From the NCBI GenBank assembly GCA_964016885.1, contig OZ024752.1:41106001-41170000 (forward strand): 64,000 nucleotides of DNA, given 5' to 3'. The notes beneath the pieces are model-generated. The model searched no databases. It was given only the letters and a program-made list of their open reading frames with translations, and was not told the origin of the DNA. Below are positions 29,504-43,181 of this stretch, one piece after another (position 1 is the stretch's first letter; the number at the start of each line of letters is the position of its first letter). A program made the position numbers and the translations under genes. Origin of the DNA: Eledone cirrhosa (lineage: Eukaryota).

Positions 29504-29793
29504 ACAATAAGATGTCATAGACAACAACGCAACGGAATCTAGAACTAAAGAAAAAATAAACGGCCATTTTGTTAAACAAATGGCAGCCATTGTTTTCAAC
29601 TTGTGAACAGCGTTAATAAAACAATGGATCGGAAGAACTTGTTAATTACAGCAGTATTGTGGGTATTGTTTGAAGCAATAACAACGCCCGCCTACTCCAC
29701 TTCCTCCTTCTCCTCATCATCATCATCCTCATCCTCATCCTTCTTCTGGCCCCCTCCTCCTCCTCCTCCTCCTTCTCCCCCTCCTCCTCCTCA

Positions 29794-29825
<32 letters not shown>

Positions 29826-29934
29826 TTCTATTTGTAGTTTGGAAAAGAAATATACCGTAGTTACTGGATTTTTTCCTTTCTGTCGGGTCTCAACAAGGAC
29901 ATTAGACTTACAGTTCTTTCCTGGAAATATAAAT

Positions 29935-30635
29935 GTTGTGACCAACATGGCAGGCTTTTGTAGGAGAACAAGTTGTGATTCGGGGTTTATTTCCTTAAGA
30001 AACTCTCTCAGTTTTACTGCTATTAATATAAGTGTATTGACCAACATGGCAGGGTTTTGTAGGAGAACAAGTTATGATTCAGGGTTTATTTCCTTAAGAA
30101 ACTCTCTCAGTTTTACTGCTATTAATATAAGTGTATTGACCAACATGGCAGGCTTTTGTAGGAGAACAAGTTATGATTCAGGGTTTATTTCCTTAAGAAA
30201 CTCTCTCAGTTTTACTGCTATTAATATAAGTGTATTGACCAACATGGCAGGCTTTTGTAGGAGAACAAGTTATGATTCGGGGTTTATTTCCTTAAGAAAC
30301 TCTCTCAGTTTTACTGCTATTAATATAAGTGTTGTGACCAACATGGCGGGGTTTTGTAGAACAATTTACGATCCGAGGTTTATTTCCTTTAAAACCTTCT
30401 TAGCTTTACTGCTATTAATATATGAGTTGTGACCAACATGGCAGGGTTTTGTAGAACAATTTACGATCCGAGGTTTATTTCCTTTAAAACCTTCTTAGCT
30501 TTACTGCTATTAATATATGTGTTGTGACCAACATAGCAGTCTTTTGTAGAACAATTTATGATTCGAGGTTTATTTACTTAAGAAATTCTCTCAGATTTAC
30601 TGCTATTAATATATGTGTAGTGACCAAAATGGAAG
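29935..30635. repeat. ~95-99-bp tandem repeat, ~7 copies
   Basis: GACCAACATGGCAGG...TTACTGCTATTAATATA at 29940, 30039, 30138, 30237, then slightly shorter units. Confidence 0.9.
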
Positions 30636-31343
30636 TCTTTTTGTGATTCAAGATTCATTTGCTCAAGATACTCGGCTCAGTGTTAGTAGTACTGAGCTCC
30701 AATCTCCGATTACATCTGAAATTATCTTGACTCTGTTAGATGACATTGGACACATTCGTGAAATTTTTATCTTCAAGTCAATATATTTTAATTGTTATCA
30801 TCCTTATCATCATCATAATTATAAATATAGGACTAATGAGGCCAAAGCCATAACCATCATAATTATAAATATAGGACAAATGAGGCCAAAGCTATCACCA
30901 TCATCATCATCATCATTGCAATATCATTAGTTGAATCGTTGAATGTAGTGTTGGTGGCTGTTGTTGTCATTGTCGTTGTTGTTATTGTATTTAGGCTGCA
31001 AGATTAAAGGTAGTATTGACAGAAAGCTTTATGGTGGTACTGGTAGATACTGTTGTAGTAACAACACTAGGGAAAACCTCGCAGCAAAACTGAATCGTCG
31101 TCAAAGAAACTTCATAGCGATGGTTGTGAAAGTGTTGGTATTAATGTTGTGACAATGGCAAAAGAAACACCACCAGTAGTAGTGGTAGTAGTGGTGGTGG
31201 TGGTGGTGGTGGTGGTAGTGGTGGTGGTGGTGGTGGTGGTGGTGGTGGTGGTGGTGGTGGCGGCGGCGGTGGTGGTGGTGGCGGCGGTGGTGGCGGTGGT
31301 GGTGGTGGCGGCGGCGGTGGTGGTGGTGGCGGCGGTGGTGGCG

Positions 31344-31475
<132 letters not shown>

Positions 31476-31485
31476 GTAGTAGTAT

Positions 31486-31521
<36 letters not shown>

Positions 31522-31529
31522 CGGTGGTG

Positions 31530-31567
<38 letters not shown>

Positions 31568-32436
31568 GGTAGTGGTAGTAGCAGTAGTAGTAGTAGTACT
31601 AGTAATAGTAGTAGTAGAAGTAGTAGTAGCAGCAGTAACAGCGCAGCAGTAGCATCAATAATGGTAGCAGCAGTAGTAGTAGTAGCAGCAGCAGCAGCAG
31701 CAGTAACATCTGTAGTAGTAGCATCAGTAGCAGCAGTAGCATCATCAGCATCATCAACAGCAACAGTAGTAGCATCAACATCAGCAACAACAGCAGCAGT
31801 AGTAAACACCTAACCCATTATCATCTTCATTAAGCAATAAGTTGGAAGCAGTCATTATTTCAACGTAGTTATTCATTTTGTGTATCCACCATATATTTAT
31901 TAATTTTTCTTCGTCTTCCATGTTTTGTCATATCAACCATTTTCCTATATATTTATTCAATCCTTCACATTATATTTCCACACCATTGCTTTATCATCCT
32001 TCCTTTCCTTTCTTTGTGATTTACTTTTCTTCTATTTCATCTTATTTTCTTTTTCTATTTCTTTTTCTTTTTATTTTTATTTTTATTTTTATTTTTATTT
32101 TTATTTTTATTTTTATTTTTATTTTTATTTTTATTTTTATTTTTATTTTTATTTTTATTTTTATTTTTATTTTTATTTTTATTTTTATTTTTATTTTTAT
32201 TTTTATTTTTATTTTTATTTTTATTTTTATTTTTATTTTTCTCTTGCTTTTTCTTTTTCTTTTTCTTTTTCTTTTTTCTTTTTCTTTTTCTTTTTATATC
32301 TTCATTGTTAAATTAGTCTTGCCATTGTGCACTTTTACTCGAGCTTATTGTAAACCCCCCCACTGTCCCTGTCTTTTGTATTGTCCCCTACATGTCGGCC
32401 CTTGTGGCCAATAAATGAAATCATTATTATCATTAA

Positions 32437-32481
<45 letters not shown>

Positions 32482-32485
32482 AGGG

Positions 32486-32706
32486 CGGCGGTAGATTGGC
32501 AGTATCGGTAGAGGGTCGAACGCCATGCTTTGCAGCATAGAGTTACGGCCCTTTATGATCTGAGTTCAAATCCCACCGAGCTTAACTTTGCCTTTCATCC
32601 TTACGGGGTCGATAAAATAAAGTACCAGTCACGCACTGGGGTCGATTTAATCGACTTTCTCCTCCTTTCCCCAAAATTGCTGGCCTTGTGCCTATATAAG
32701 AAACAA

Positions 32707-32707
<1 letters not shown>
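32486..32707 (+). mobile_element. Full-length tRNA-derived SINE between (TTA)n tracts
   Basis: A-box, B-box GAGTTCAAATCC, Meta-like core, long 3' variant; near-identical to 35011-35228. Confidence 0.85.
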
Positions 32708-32749
<42 letters not shown>

Positions 32750-32752
32750 TAC

Positions 32753-32856
<104 letters not shown>

Positions 32857-33162
32857 TTTCCTACATAATCATCCTCTTATTTTCACCCGCCATCAATATC
32901 CTTATATCAGTTTCCAGACATTTCTCAGAAGAAGAAGATGATGATAAAAATAAAAAAATAAAAAAAAAATTATTAAAATATAAAGATAGAAAAGAGAAAA
33001 TTAGAGACACAGAATGTTTAATTCATTAGATTCTTTTCATTTAACCTCTTTCACCCTCTTTCACCTCCGTTTCATTCAAGCAAAATGTCTCCTTTTCACG
33101 CCATTTTACCGCTGTGCTTTATCATATCTTTTTGGAGATGGTTTTCAACCATTTTAATCAGC

Positions 33163-33237
<75 letters not shown>

Positions 33238-34744
33238 CTATTTGTTTCTTTTTCTCCTCCCTGAAATGCTTCACTTTGCCTTGCATTTGGATTCAATATT
33301 TGTTCATATTCAAAAGGAACATCGCATGCGTGTGTAAAGAAGCAGAGTATAATATAATATAATATAATATAATAAAATAAAATAAAATAAAATAAAAGTA
33401 AAACTCAGAGAGTGGAATAAACCTTCGTTGGTTCTGGAGATAAATGTTCCAGTAGCTTGATCAAGGGAATAAACTGCTCGTGAAATTAACGAGTAAATGA
33501 CTGAACATTTTACCGACACGTGTAGTCTTAACGTAACTTTCAGGGAGGGAGATTCAGCATGGCATAGTGTATGTATCACATGACTGGTCCTTTGTGTTAC
33601 GAATACAGTCTATCTGAAGGGCTTCGAAGTAGTTTCCGTCTACCAAATTTCAAATAATTTGCACATTGGTGTTGTGATTGTGATTCTGATTTTGTGATAC
33701 CAAGAAGAAGTATTCTTATAAAACCAAATCAACTCATTTTCAGAAGCGCATGCGCATAATAATTCCAAGACGCACACGCGCATATATATATATTCATACA
33801 CATACTCAAACATACATACATACATACATACATACATACATACATACATACATACATACATACATACATACATACATACATACATACATACATGCATACA
33901 TACATACATACATATATATATGCATACATGTATATATATAAATGTATGGATAAATGTGTTTATGTATATGTATGAGTACGTATGTATATGCATGTATGTA
34001 TGTACATATACATGCATGTATGAATGCAATACATATATGTGCACATGTATGTATGCATATATGCATATACATACATGTGCAGATATATGTATATGCATAT
34101 ATGCATACATACATGTGCACATATATGTATATGCATACATATATGTTATATGTGCATATGTGTGTATGTACATAGAGATGTATTTTCATATATACGCATG
34201 TCTGTCTGTATGTATGTATGTATGTATGTATGTATTTATGTATGCATATACATATATGTGTATATGTGTATATGTGTATATGTGTGTATGTGTGTATGTA
34301 CATATAGACGTATCGATAGGGAGCAGTTGATGCAAACTTCATTCAGCCACGCTTTGGCTAAATCGATATTTAATCATATTAGACCCTTCTCAAAGAACCA
34401 ATTTCACTTTATTCGTTTAGAAAATTAATCTACATTAGTAAAGAGAGACTGATTGATGTCAAAATTAGAAAGTTGATTGAATAACACACTAAATGGATAA
34501 CGTTGGTTAGGGAAACGAGGAGAGTAAACCATGGAAAAATATAATACAAATGTTTCCCTTTTCTTGTGTCTCAGACTTAATTCCATTGATGTATTCGATG
34601 TGCATGTAAATCAATTACATAGAATCCTAACGAGGTAACCAGCAAACGCCCTCATGCTTGCTCTCTATCTGAAAGAAATAGCAGCTAAATGATGTTAAAG
34701 TTAAAAGAAGAAGGACACATATTGGATGCTGTAATAGTCGTAGA

Positions 34745-35228
34745 TAATAGGATTTCTAGTATAGGCACAAGGACAGTAATTTGTGTGTAGGGAGGGGGGG
34801 GGGTAGGAAAAATTTGATTAAATCGACCTCAGTACGTTACTGGTACTTTATTTGATCGACCCCGTAAGGATGAAAGGCAAAGTTAACCTCGGCGGGATTT
34901 GAACTCAGACCATAAAGGACTGTAACTCTATGTTGTAAAGCATGGCGTCTGACTCTCTACCGAACTTAGCCTTTCATCTTTACGGAGGTCGATAAAATAA
35001 TTATTAAAGGGCGGCGGTAGATTGGCAGTATCGGTAGAGGGTCGGACGCCATGCTTTGCAGCATAGAGTTACGGCCCTTTATGATCTGAGTTCAAATCCC
35101 ACCGAGCTTAACTTTGCCTTTCATCCTTACGGGGTCGATCAAATAAAGCACCAGTCACGCACTGGGGTCGATTTAATCGACTTTCCCCTCCCCCAAAATT
35201 GCTTGGATTGTGCCTATACTTGAAATCA
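34745..35228. mobile_element. Inverted SINE pair
   Basis: Minus copy 34745-34963 and plus copy 35011-35228. Confidence 0.8.
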
Positions 35229-35798
35229 TTATATTTCTTTCCAGGGACTATGTTGATAAATAAACCTTATTTGGTCATTCCATGAGAGTATTTTTGTTAG
35301 CCTATAAACTTTGCAGCCGACCCTCATATACTCAGTTAAACTTGACAACAACAACAACAACAACACGTACAATACTAATTAATGTGTGTATCCATCATTT
35401 TTAGGGGCCAAGATTGTGGATTTTTGACGTTGATTACTTTCAAATTAGCACTAACAGTGCAAGAGGAAATGAACTAATCTACATCCAATGAAAAACACAT
35501 TCATTGATGACCCAAAAATCTATTTCTACTTCCTTACTTTCCTGTCGAAGAGGAAGCCTCATTGCCGTCGCTCGACCCACTGAAAATATCATCCATCTAA
35601 CTCAAATGAATTTACTAGATAATAGGCACCTTACAAATACAATATTTAAAGGAACAGTATAACTATGCAAGACACTGCTAATATTCTACATTTCAACATT
35701 TACATTTTCGACGTTCTTGTCTAAATTCTCGGACTAAATTGGGTTGATAGCCATGAGTGAATTTTGATAGACATCTTATACGAACATACACTTGTGTA

Positions 35799-35829
<31 letters not shown>

Positions 35830-35893
35830 TAGTCCAGAAATAGCCGTCGAAACGGCTTGAGCTCTGCCGTCGGGTTCATACTTTTTCCTATAT

Positions 35894-35928
<35 letters not shown>

Positions 35929-36013
35929 CGTAGGTCCCGCGTTGAGTCGGGGATAACCACAGTAAGTAAGGTACTCAATACATGGCAGAGTAAACTTTTT
36001 TATTTTACTTTAT

Positions 36014-36060
36014 CTTCCTGAAGATTTCATCTGAATGAAACAGTACTAGTCCTGTAGAAG
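36014..36060 (+). ncRNA. Type-I hammerhead ribozyme-like motif
   Basis: CTTC CTGAAGA tTTCatctGAAt GAAA CAGtactagtcCTG TA GAAG; homolog at 48593-48641 has a compensatory stem I. Confidence 0.75.
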
Positions 36061-36062
36061 CT

Positions 36063-36117
<55 letters not shown>

Positions 36118-36211
36118 ATACATACATATGGAGAGATGCTGTGCTGAATAAGACCCGTCCCACCCTTGCAAGCAGGGAAAAGTGGACGTAAAACGATGAT
36201 GATGATGATGA

Positions 36212-36278
<67 letters not shown>

Positions 36279-36292
36279 GATAGATAAATAGA

Positions 36293-36415
<123 letters not shown>

Positions 36416-36841
36416 CCACGTATGTGTTTATGTTTGTGTTATATTTACTCTTCTCTCTCGCAACGTAACGTAGCGGTTGTCGAATAAGATGGCATAAGTA
36501 CCAAACTTGAACAAAATAAATATATTTAATCAAGTGTTCCGTCAAAGCCACAGTCTAATGACTGATATTATACACAAACACATACACACACACAGATATA
36601 TACATACATACATATATATATATGGTCAACTTCCTTCGGACGTGCGCCTGCGCAGACCGGTGGGGGTGAATTGGGACTCACAAGGGAACGGGCGAAGAAT
36701 TCAAGAGTACACGCTCTGTCCGTTCCCATGTCGATTCAATTTGGATTGCCTCGGAAACATAACCTTATTATGTAAGAAGCTGTCTGATGATGTCACGGCA
36801 CTGGGTACACCGAACCGTGTGGCCACTGTCGTCATTGATAC

Positions 36842-36907
<66 letters not shown>

Positions 36908-36910
<3 letters not shown>

Positions 36911-37025
36911 AACGAGTAGGACCCCGACGGCTGAGCTCAAGCCGTTTCGACGGCTAATTCTGGACCTGAATCGTCCATAATTAGCCGTGGAAACGGCTTG
37001 AGCTCAGCCGTCGGGGTCCTACTGG

Positions 37026-37092
<67 letters not shown>

Positions 37093-37290
37093 CGAAGGAA
37101 AAGTGGTAAGGAACCAGATGGACCATAACGCACCAAAGTACTCAATACTTAGGGTAGTAGAGTGGGTAATAGGACCGAGTAGGACCCCGACGGCTGAGCT
37201 CAAGCCGTTTCGACGGCTAATTCTGGACGATTCAGGTCCAGATTTAGCCGTCGAAACGGCTTGAGCTCAGCCGTCGGGGTCCTACTCGTT

Positions 37291-37375
<85 letters not shown>

Positions 37376-37584
37376 CGAAGGAAATGTGGTAAGGAACCAG
37401 GTGGACCATAACGCACCAAAGTACTCAATACTTGAGGTAGTAGAGTGGGTAATAGGAACCAGTAAGACCCCGACAGCTGAGCTCAAGCCGTTTCGACGGC
37501 TAATTCTGGACTGAATTAGTCCAGAATTAGTCCAGAATTAGCCGTCGAGACGGCTTGAGCTCAGCTGTCGGGGTCTTACTGGTT

Positions 37585-37588
<4 letters not shown>
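36908..37588. mobile_element. Three adjacent inverted modules of the GCCGTCGAAACGGC family, separated by (TA)n
   Basis: Each is a ~60-bp-arm palindrome; two carry an ~80-bp one-sided tail (AACGAAGGAAA...GTGGGTAA). Confidence 0.75.
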
Positions 37589-37633
<45 letters not shown>

Positions 37634-37884
37634 ACACCATGTCATACTTTCCTACGTTACACAGAAGCAAATATTCTTTCAAAACTCTTAAATGAATGAA
37701 TGAATTTTGAGGCTTCGGTTATGGTAATGGAGTTGGCACCACAATGGTTGGGGAGGGTTGCTGGAAGTGGCTTTGTCAGGAGAGCAAGGGATGGGTTCAA
37801 AGCTAAGGGAATGTAATTGAACTAAAAATGTGCATTGTGTTTGCAATAGTGAGGCCACCAATAGAAGTAGTAATAGCGATGAAG

Positions 37885-38570
37885 GAGGTGGTGGTGGTGG
37901 TGGTGGAGTTGGTTGTGGTGGTGGTGGTGGTGGTGGTGGTCGTGGAGGTGGTGGTGGTGGTGGTAGTGGTGGTGGTGGTGGTGGTGGTGGTGGTGGTGGT
38001 GGTGGTGGTGGTGGTGGTGGTGGTGGTGGTGGTGGTGGTAGTGGTAGTGATGGTTATGAGTGTTGTAGTAATGGTGGTGGTGGTGGTGGTGGAGGTAGTG
38101 GTTATAAGTGTTGTAGTAATGGTGGTGGTGGTGGAGTTGGTAGTGATGGTGGTAGTGGCGGTGGTGGTGGTGGTGGTGGTGATGGTTATGAGTGTTGTAG
38201 TAGTGGTGGTGGTGGTGGAGTTGGTAGTGATGGTGGTAGTGGCGGTGGTGGTGGTGGTGGTGATGGTTATAAGTGTTGTAGTAGTGGTGGTGGTGGTGGT
38301 GGTGGTGGTAGTGGTGGTAGTGGCGGTGGTGGTGGTGGTGGTGATGGTTATGAGTGTTGTAGTAATGGTGGTGGTGGTGGTGGTGGTGGTAGTGGTGGAG
38401 GTAGTGGTTATAAGTGTTGTAGTAATGGTGATGATGATGATAATGATGATGATGATGATGATGATGATGATAATGATGATAATGATGATATATGATGATG
38501 ATGATGATGATATATGGTGATGGTGATGATGATGATGACGACGATGATGATGATGATGATGATGATGGTG
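37885..38570. repeat. Compound (GGT)n/(GAT)n microsatellite with recurring GGTTATRAGTGTTGTAGTA
   Basis: Direct inspection; long ORFs in several frames on both strands. Confidence 0.85.
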
Positions 38571-39011
38571 TATCATGAGAGAGTTTGCAGAGTGTCGATT
38601 CTGAAGTGACGGGAGGAAGGAAGACTGAACAAGACGACAAAAAAAAAAAACAACACAAAAAACAAACAAACAAACAAACAAACAAACAAACAAAAAAAAA
38701 GACAAAAAATAATAAAACCTCTCTGTTAGTTTGAGGTGAGGTGGGGTGTGGTGTGGTGTGGTGGTTGTAGAGTGGGGGTAGGTTGAGTGGGGGTAGGTTG
38801 AACAAATACAGTTTAAAGCAATTTATAGCGAAACCCCAAATTAACAAGAAGATCAAACATGACACTGAACTATCCTAATAAAATGAAGCCCTGTCCTCTG
38901 TGGGTATACGTAGCTAATTACTGGTATGGGGGAGGAGAAATATAACATGTCGCTAATTTAGGACTTCCTTTTACAGATGTGAATGATATCTAGGTATATA
39001 TATGTATGTGT

Positions 39012-39052
<41 letters not shown>

Positions 39053-39072
39053 TGTGTAAATATATATATATA

Positions 39073-39149
<77 letters not shown>

Positions 39150-39156
39150 GTGTGTT

Positions 39157-39196
<40 letters not shown>

Positions 39197-39990
39197 TACA
39201 GTGGAAGCCGTTTATTATAATCATGAAAAATATTATCAAAGGGTTATTTTTTATCAAAATTACTCGGTCGCAAACAAGCTCAGGATACTGTTATATTTTT
39301 GTTTTATGTTATCAAAAAGTGATTACAATAAACGGCTTTCAATAAGCACGTACACATACACATACACAGATTCACACACATACACACACTCACTCAGACA
39401 TACATACTCACACACATAAAGAGTTAATTTGACAGAAAGTACGCTAAAATAAACAGAGAGAGAGAGAGGAAAGAATTTTATGTGTATGGGTGTATTTGTG
39501 TTAAAATCTTGTACGTACACCGTATTCTGAAATTGTGTCGTCTGTTTCAATGATTTTAAATCCTCGAAATCAATGTTAACGTGCAATAAATCACTCAGGT
39601 TTGCTTTAGAGAGCAAGTTCACCTCTTGTGTTTATAGTTCTATCTAGGATTGTTCCAGACAATATTGAAGAAGAGGAGATTAATTCAGGAGAGCAGAGAT
39701 CCAATTAAAATGAGGTTAATCATATAATGAAAGCGTTATCAAATGGACAAATATGGCGTCAATCGAGCAAAATATATTCTAATATGTATAATACGTCTAA
39801 CGTTAACGAGTGTTCGCCAGTATGGCTTCATGATTACGATGTTTGTTATGTAATCACGTGGTTCCGCGTTCGATTTCACATTTGTGACAGCTTCGAAAGA
39901 TGTCTACTAACATAGTATCAGGATAACTCGTGTGGCTGGACATTTTGTAGGCAAACATTGTGCAGAAAACATCGTGTAACTCTCTCTCTC

Positions 39991-40022
<32 letters not shown>

Positions 40023-40158
40023 TAAATGTAGTCTACCCTTCGTGTAGGGTCCGTACCTTACATAGAACTCAGTCTATATGTCGATATGATCAAGCCTCCG
40101 AAACGATCGTAAAACAATGATATGAATAGGTAAAATAACTTGACTTTGTTGTTATTAT

Positions 40159-40225
<67 letters not shown>

Positions 40226-40632
40226 CACATACTAACCCCTGCCTTTAGTCTTTTCGTAATCGATAAATGGTGAAGCTGGTACTGGTATCAATTCTTCTGT
40301 CTCTCTCTTTCTCTCTTTCTGGAAGAGGTCAGTTATGGCGTGATCTTGCCCTGGCTAGGTTTCAAATGCCCCAGATATATCATATGCCACGACAGCAACC
40401 CTACAACTTCATTAGGAGTTGAAGGATCAAGAAAAGATTTACAGACATATTTGTGTGTATTGTATCTTGACAAGTAGGATTGACTGAATAAAAGGGGTTT
40501 CAGGAAAGTTGGATTACAGGTTCGAATGAATCAAATATAAAACAAACCAAATAGAATATTAGAATTTGATGAACACATATGTCGGTCTTATTCCTGAATT
40601 CCTTCCTGATTGATGAATATTTTAAGTTCATG

Positions 40633-40712
<80 letters not shown>

Positions 40713-40860
40713 AAATAATGAATAAAACAATGAAACAGTTCCTTATATTAAACAAAAAAAGTTCATTATTTAACGATCGTTTCTAGGATATATATGTGTT
40801 AGAATTGGCATGCATATTCATACGGATTGGACACTACCGTAAACTCTTGGTAGATTTATC

Positions 40861-40920
<60 letters not shown>

Positions 40921-41066
40921 AATATATATACAAGTTAATATAAATTAATATATTTGATAAACACAAATACCAAATAAACACAAATACCAACATATCCGTA
41001 AAGGACTGCCTGAGTTTTGAACTCATTATTAATAGTATAAATATATATATATATATATACACACAC

Positions 41067-41106
<40 letters not shown>

Positions 41107-41139
41107 ATGTGTGTGTATGTGTATGTATGTATATATATA

Positions 41140-41198
<59 letters not shown>

Positions 41199-42211
41199 TC
41201 AGGTTATCAATAATGTAGTGATAATATATCGTTACGTTAGAGATGAACAGCGTACGTGCAGGTTTGCTCAACGAGTATAAATTATATTCCGGAGAAATGT
41301 AGAAAGGATGAATATAAAATGAAAGTGCTTTTGTTAAAAAAGGAATTTATTAGGTATTGACATATGTTTCTGTAACAGACCGAATACCTATGTATCGCTG
41401 CTTGCGTAATCATATAATGTTAGCAAGTATTCGATAGCAAATGTATAATCAGTTGTCACTTCTTCAGAGATTTTGGATAAACTGGATAAAATCAGAAAAA
41501 TTGAAGTATTTATATTAGTAAAAGAGGAAGGAACAGAGGGGATAGAATATGACAGATGGTAAAATAATTTACTGCTAAACAAGTATATAATGGGTTTTTA
41601 ATGAGAATACCATGAGTAAATCTAAATAAGAATTTTGGGGGTGCCGATTTTAATCTCTACTTGACCAACTGGACAGTGGACAGGGCTGGTCATTTGGTGC
41701 AGTAGTATTAATCATAAAGTGTCAATTGGGGAAGGGGGAGATTTCGATTGCTACTAAATAACATCAATGCTAGTGGTCAGCTGGTATTTGCTCTAGGGAA
41801 TTGAATCAAAAAATCAGAAATCTCATTTTATCTATAGCAGTTTGTATTAAAAGGTAAATAATAGAAGAGTTGATAGAATTAAGACTAATAAAGAATGTTC
41901 ATATCTATTTTGACAATCAAACGGGGATAGAGAAAGGCGTTCAATCCTGGTAGTATTTATAATATGAAAATGTAGATTTTAAGCGATGGTTACAGTATAA
42001 CGATCGCTCTATTCTGTTATTTAATAAAATGTTTTTGGATTTCATAATACAAAATAATTCTACATTACATAATCTACAAAATTCCTGTCCATTGGAATAT
42101 GGGGGGGCAGTCGCTATTATATCCCATTTTAGGTGAAATTGTTGGTTATTTTCACGCAGCTGCCAAGCCTTGTCTGCGAGTGTTGTTACATAACGCTGGT
42201 TTTCATGTTTT

Positions 42212-42482
42212 AAAACATGAAAACCAGCGTTATGTAACAACACTCGCAGACAAGGCTTGGCAGCTGCGTGAAAATAACCAACAATTTCACCTAAAATGGG
42301 ATATAATAGCGACTGCCCCCCCATATTCCAATGGACAGGAATTTTGTAGATTATGTAATGTAGAATTATTTTGTATTATGAAATCCAAAAACATTTTATT
42401 AAATAACAGAATAGAGCGATCGTTATACTGTAACCATCGCTTAAAATCTACATTTTCATATTATAAATACTACCAGGATTGA
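42212..42482 (+). pseudogene. C-terminal part of a GIY-YIG endonuclease of a Penelope-like retroelement (5'-truncated; mirror copy 41941-42211 on minus)
   Basis: KHENQRYVTTLADKAWQL...LKWDII...PYSNGQEFCRLCNVE...LLNNRIE...CNHRLK fits the PLE T.L..W.L..W.I..Y..C.LC..E..LN.R.E..C.H pattern. Confidence 0.7.
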
Positions 42483-42952
42483 ACGCCTTTCTCTATCCCC
42501 GTTTGATTGTCAAAATAGATATGAACATTCTTTATTAGTCTTAATTCTATCAACTCTTCTATTATTTACCTTTTAATACAAACTGCTATAGATAAAATGA
42601 GATTTCTGATTTTTTGATTCAATTCCCTAGAGCAAATACCAGCTGACCACTAGCATTGATGTTATTTAGTAGCAATCGAAATCTCCCCCTTCCCCAATTG
42701 ACACTTTATGATTAATACTACTGCACCAAATGACCAGCCCTGTCCACTGTCCAGTTGGTCAAGTAGAGATTAAAATCGGCACCCCCAAAATTCTTATTTA
42801 GATTTACTCATGGTATTCTCATTAAAAACCCATTATATACTTGTTTAGCAGTAAATTATTTTACCATCTGTCATATTCTATCCCCTCTGTTCCTTCCTCT
42901 TTTACTAATATAAATACTTCAATTTTTCTGATTTTATCCAGTTTATCCAAAA

Positions 42953-43068
42953 TCTCTGAAGAAGTGACAACTGATTATACATTTGCTATCGAATACTTGC
43001 TAACATTATATGATTACGCAAGCAGCGATACATAGGTATTCGGTCTGTTACAGAAACATATGTCAATA
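42953..43068 (+). ncRNA. Hammerhead-like motif with extended stem II (mirror copy 41355-41470 on minus)
   Basis: CTGAAGA (42956) ..GTGACA ACTGA..ATAC / GTAT TCGGT c TGTTAC.. GAAA CATATG TC; stem I is weak. Confidence 0.5.
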
Positions 43069-43118
43069 CCTAATAAATTCCTTTTTTAACAAAAGCACTT
43101 TCATTTTATATTCATCCT

Positions 43119-43181
<63 letters not shown>

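Larger units (their letters stand above)
41192..43123. mobile_element. Penelope-like element 3' end forming a spacerless 1824-bp palindrome (41300-43123) plus ~108-bp tail, in (TA)n
   Basis: Centre between 42211 and 42212; mirrored identical ORFs; (TA)n on both sides. Confidence 0.85.

Noticed and set aside
29839-30432. 197-aa ORF with a 33-aa repeat
   Set aside because: In-frame 99-bp tandem repeat; non-ATG start; later units lose the frame
32486-32580. SINE heads as tRNA genes
   Set aside because: A/B boxes are present but there is no closed cloverleaf or acceptor stem, and they continue into the SINE core in many copies
36625-36840. GAAA-stem-TA...CTGATGA arrangement as a type-II hammerhead
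   Set aside because: Stem III is good, but stems I and II cannot be paired convincingly
42099-42211. N-terminal part of the 127-aa ORFs (MGGQSLLYP...)
   Set aside because: It is the antisense of the mirrored arm; the real homology starts at the palindrome centre
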